Origin: Candidatus Bathyarchaeia archaeon
GTDB taxonomy: Archaea; Thermoproteota; Bathyarchaeia; 40CM-2-53-6
Direction of reading: 5' to 3'
Assembly: GCA_049513715.1 (NCBI GenBank)
Contig: JBEKVV010000004.1
Coordinates: forward strand, 103,633 to 167,632
DNA: 64,000 nucleotides
This document shows, piece by piece, positions 63,117 through 64,000 of this stretch. The translations under genes were made by a program, and so were the position numbers. The notes under the pieces are model-generated. The model did no database searches and was not told the origin of the DNA. It saw only the letters and a program-made list of their open reading frames with translations. Numbering within the stretch: the first letter of the stretch is position 1; every line of letters begins with the position of its first letter.

Positions 63117-64000
63117 TTAAGTCATTGTGAGGGCCAGTACCGCTTTCTCCGTATGCATTCGGTTTTCGGCTTGATCCCAGACCGCGGAGTGTGGTCCTTC
63201 GATTATCTCATCCGTCATTTCTTCTCCCCTGTAGCCTGGTAGGCAGTGCATGAAAATGAAGTCACCAGCCGCGCCCTGGGCCACTGTAGAATTGATCTGG
63301 TAGGGTGCGTAGTCTCTCAGCCGCTTCTCCTTTTCCTTCTCGGGCCCTCCCATGCTGTGCCATGTGTTAGCGTAAAGGACGTCTGCATTCTTCACGGCCA
63401 ATTTCAAATCGTCAGTGACCACGATTTCAGCGCCCGTCTCCTTCGCTTTAGCGGTTGCAAACTTCATGATTGTCTCGTTTGGTTCGTATCCCTTGGGACG
63501 CGCAACGCTCAATTTGAATCCGAGGATGGATGCGGCGACAATCAAGCTGTGGCAAACATTCCAAACGTCCCCAGCGTAACAGACTTTGATATCGTGGAGT
63601 CTTCCTTTGTACTCCCGGATGGTGAGAAGGTCAGCAAGGCCTTGGCATGGGTGTGTGAGGTCGGTCAAGGCATTGATTACGGGGTTCTCCATGTAATTGG
63701 CGAACTCCTGAATCCGATCCTGCCCAAACGTTCGCATGACTAGGGCATCACAATATCTGTCAATCACCCTGGCCGTATCTTTTATCGGCTCTCCCCTTGC
63801 GAGCTGCATCTCGTCAGGTCTCATGTAGAAGCTCTGGGCTCCCAAATGTGCAATCGCAGCTTGGAATGATGTTCTGGTCCTGGTGGAGGGTTTTTCGAAA
63901 AGAACCGCCACTGTTCGGCCGCGTAGGTATTCATGCGGTTCATGTTGTTTCCATTTCTGCTTCAGCTCTCTTGCCGTATCAAGTATAGCTGATATTTCGA
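63117..64000 (-). CDS. argF: Ornithine carbamoyltransferase (5' end beyond the right edge)
   Basis: FEKPSTRTRTSF carbamoyl-phosphate motif and HCLP motif. The reading frame stays open upstream of the track start (…KQKWKQHEPHEYLRGRTVAVLFEKPSTRTR). Confidence 0.85.
   Translation of the reverse strand, partial: EISAILDTARELKQKWKQHEPHEYLRGRTVAVLFEKPSTRTRTSFQAAIAHLGAQSFYMRPDEMQLARGEPIKDTARVIDRYCDALVMRTFGQDRIQEFANYMENPVINALTDLTHPCQGLADLLTIREYKGRLHDIKVCYAGDVWNVCHSLIVAASILGFKLSVARPKGYEPNETIMKFATAKAKETGAEIVVTDDLKLAVKNADVLYANTWHSMGGPEKEKEKRLRDYAPYQINSTVAQGAAGDFIFMHCLPGYRGEEMTDEIIEGPHSAVWDQAENRMHTEKAVLALTMT

Overview
This looks like an archaeal chromosomal window of roughly 50% GC. By inference it comes from a TACK/Thermoproteota-like lineage. 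The evidence is a tungsten aldehyde:ferredoxin oxidoreductase, an ADP-forming acyl-CoA synthetase alpha subunit, a tRNA-splicing-endonuclease family protein, tRNA genes that encode CCA, and many non-canonical bulge-helix-bulge (BHB) introns. I support about 65 protein genes. Most are housekeeping or catabolic: an NitT/TauT-type ABC importer, a three-subunit molybdenum hydroxylase, UbiX, AOR, peptidases, citrate synthase, HisRS, MtnA, Dcd, an ECF transporter, an amino-acid/4-carbon catabolic cluster, an ADI-like enzyme and OTC. I found no rRNA genes and no CRISPR array. The most unusual content is the tRNA complement. There are six tRNA genes (Leu-UAA, one with unresolved anticodon, Arg-UCG, Tyr-GUA, Asp-GUC, Lys-UUU). 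All six carry insertions, between one and four each. Most of these can be hand-folded into clean BHB motifs. The positions are 30/31 (recurrent), 37/38, 43/44, 45/46, 59/60 and 68/69, the last being in the acceptor stem. At two loci a complete multi-intron tRNA gene is followed by 1-2 kb of selfish genes and then by a second, intron-bearing partial copy of the same tRNA. At tRNA-Tyr the intervening gene is an antisense, free-standing LAGLIDADG homing endonuclease whose stop codon touches the tRNA's CCA end. At tRNA-Lys the intervening DNA holds toxin-antitoxin cassettes and further tRNA fragments. Other items worth a second look are an orphan terminase packaging module next to tRNA-Lys, an unassigned 227-nt structured-RNA candidate, and an AOR gene flanked by two MoaD-like proteins that lack the C-terminal Gly-Gly. 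All RNA folds and protein family calls were made by eye from the sequence. None has been checked against a database.
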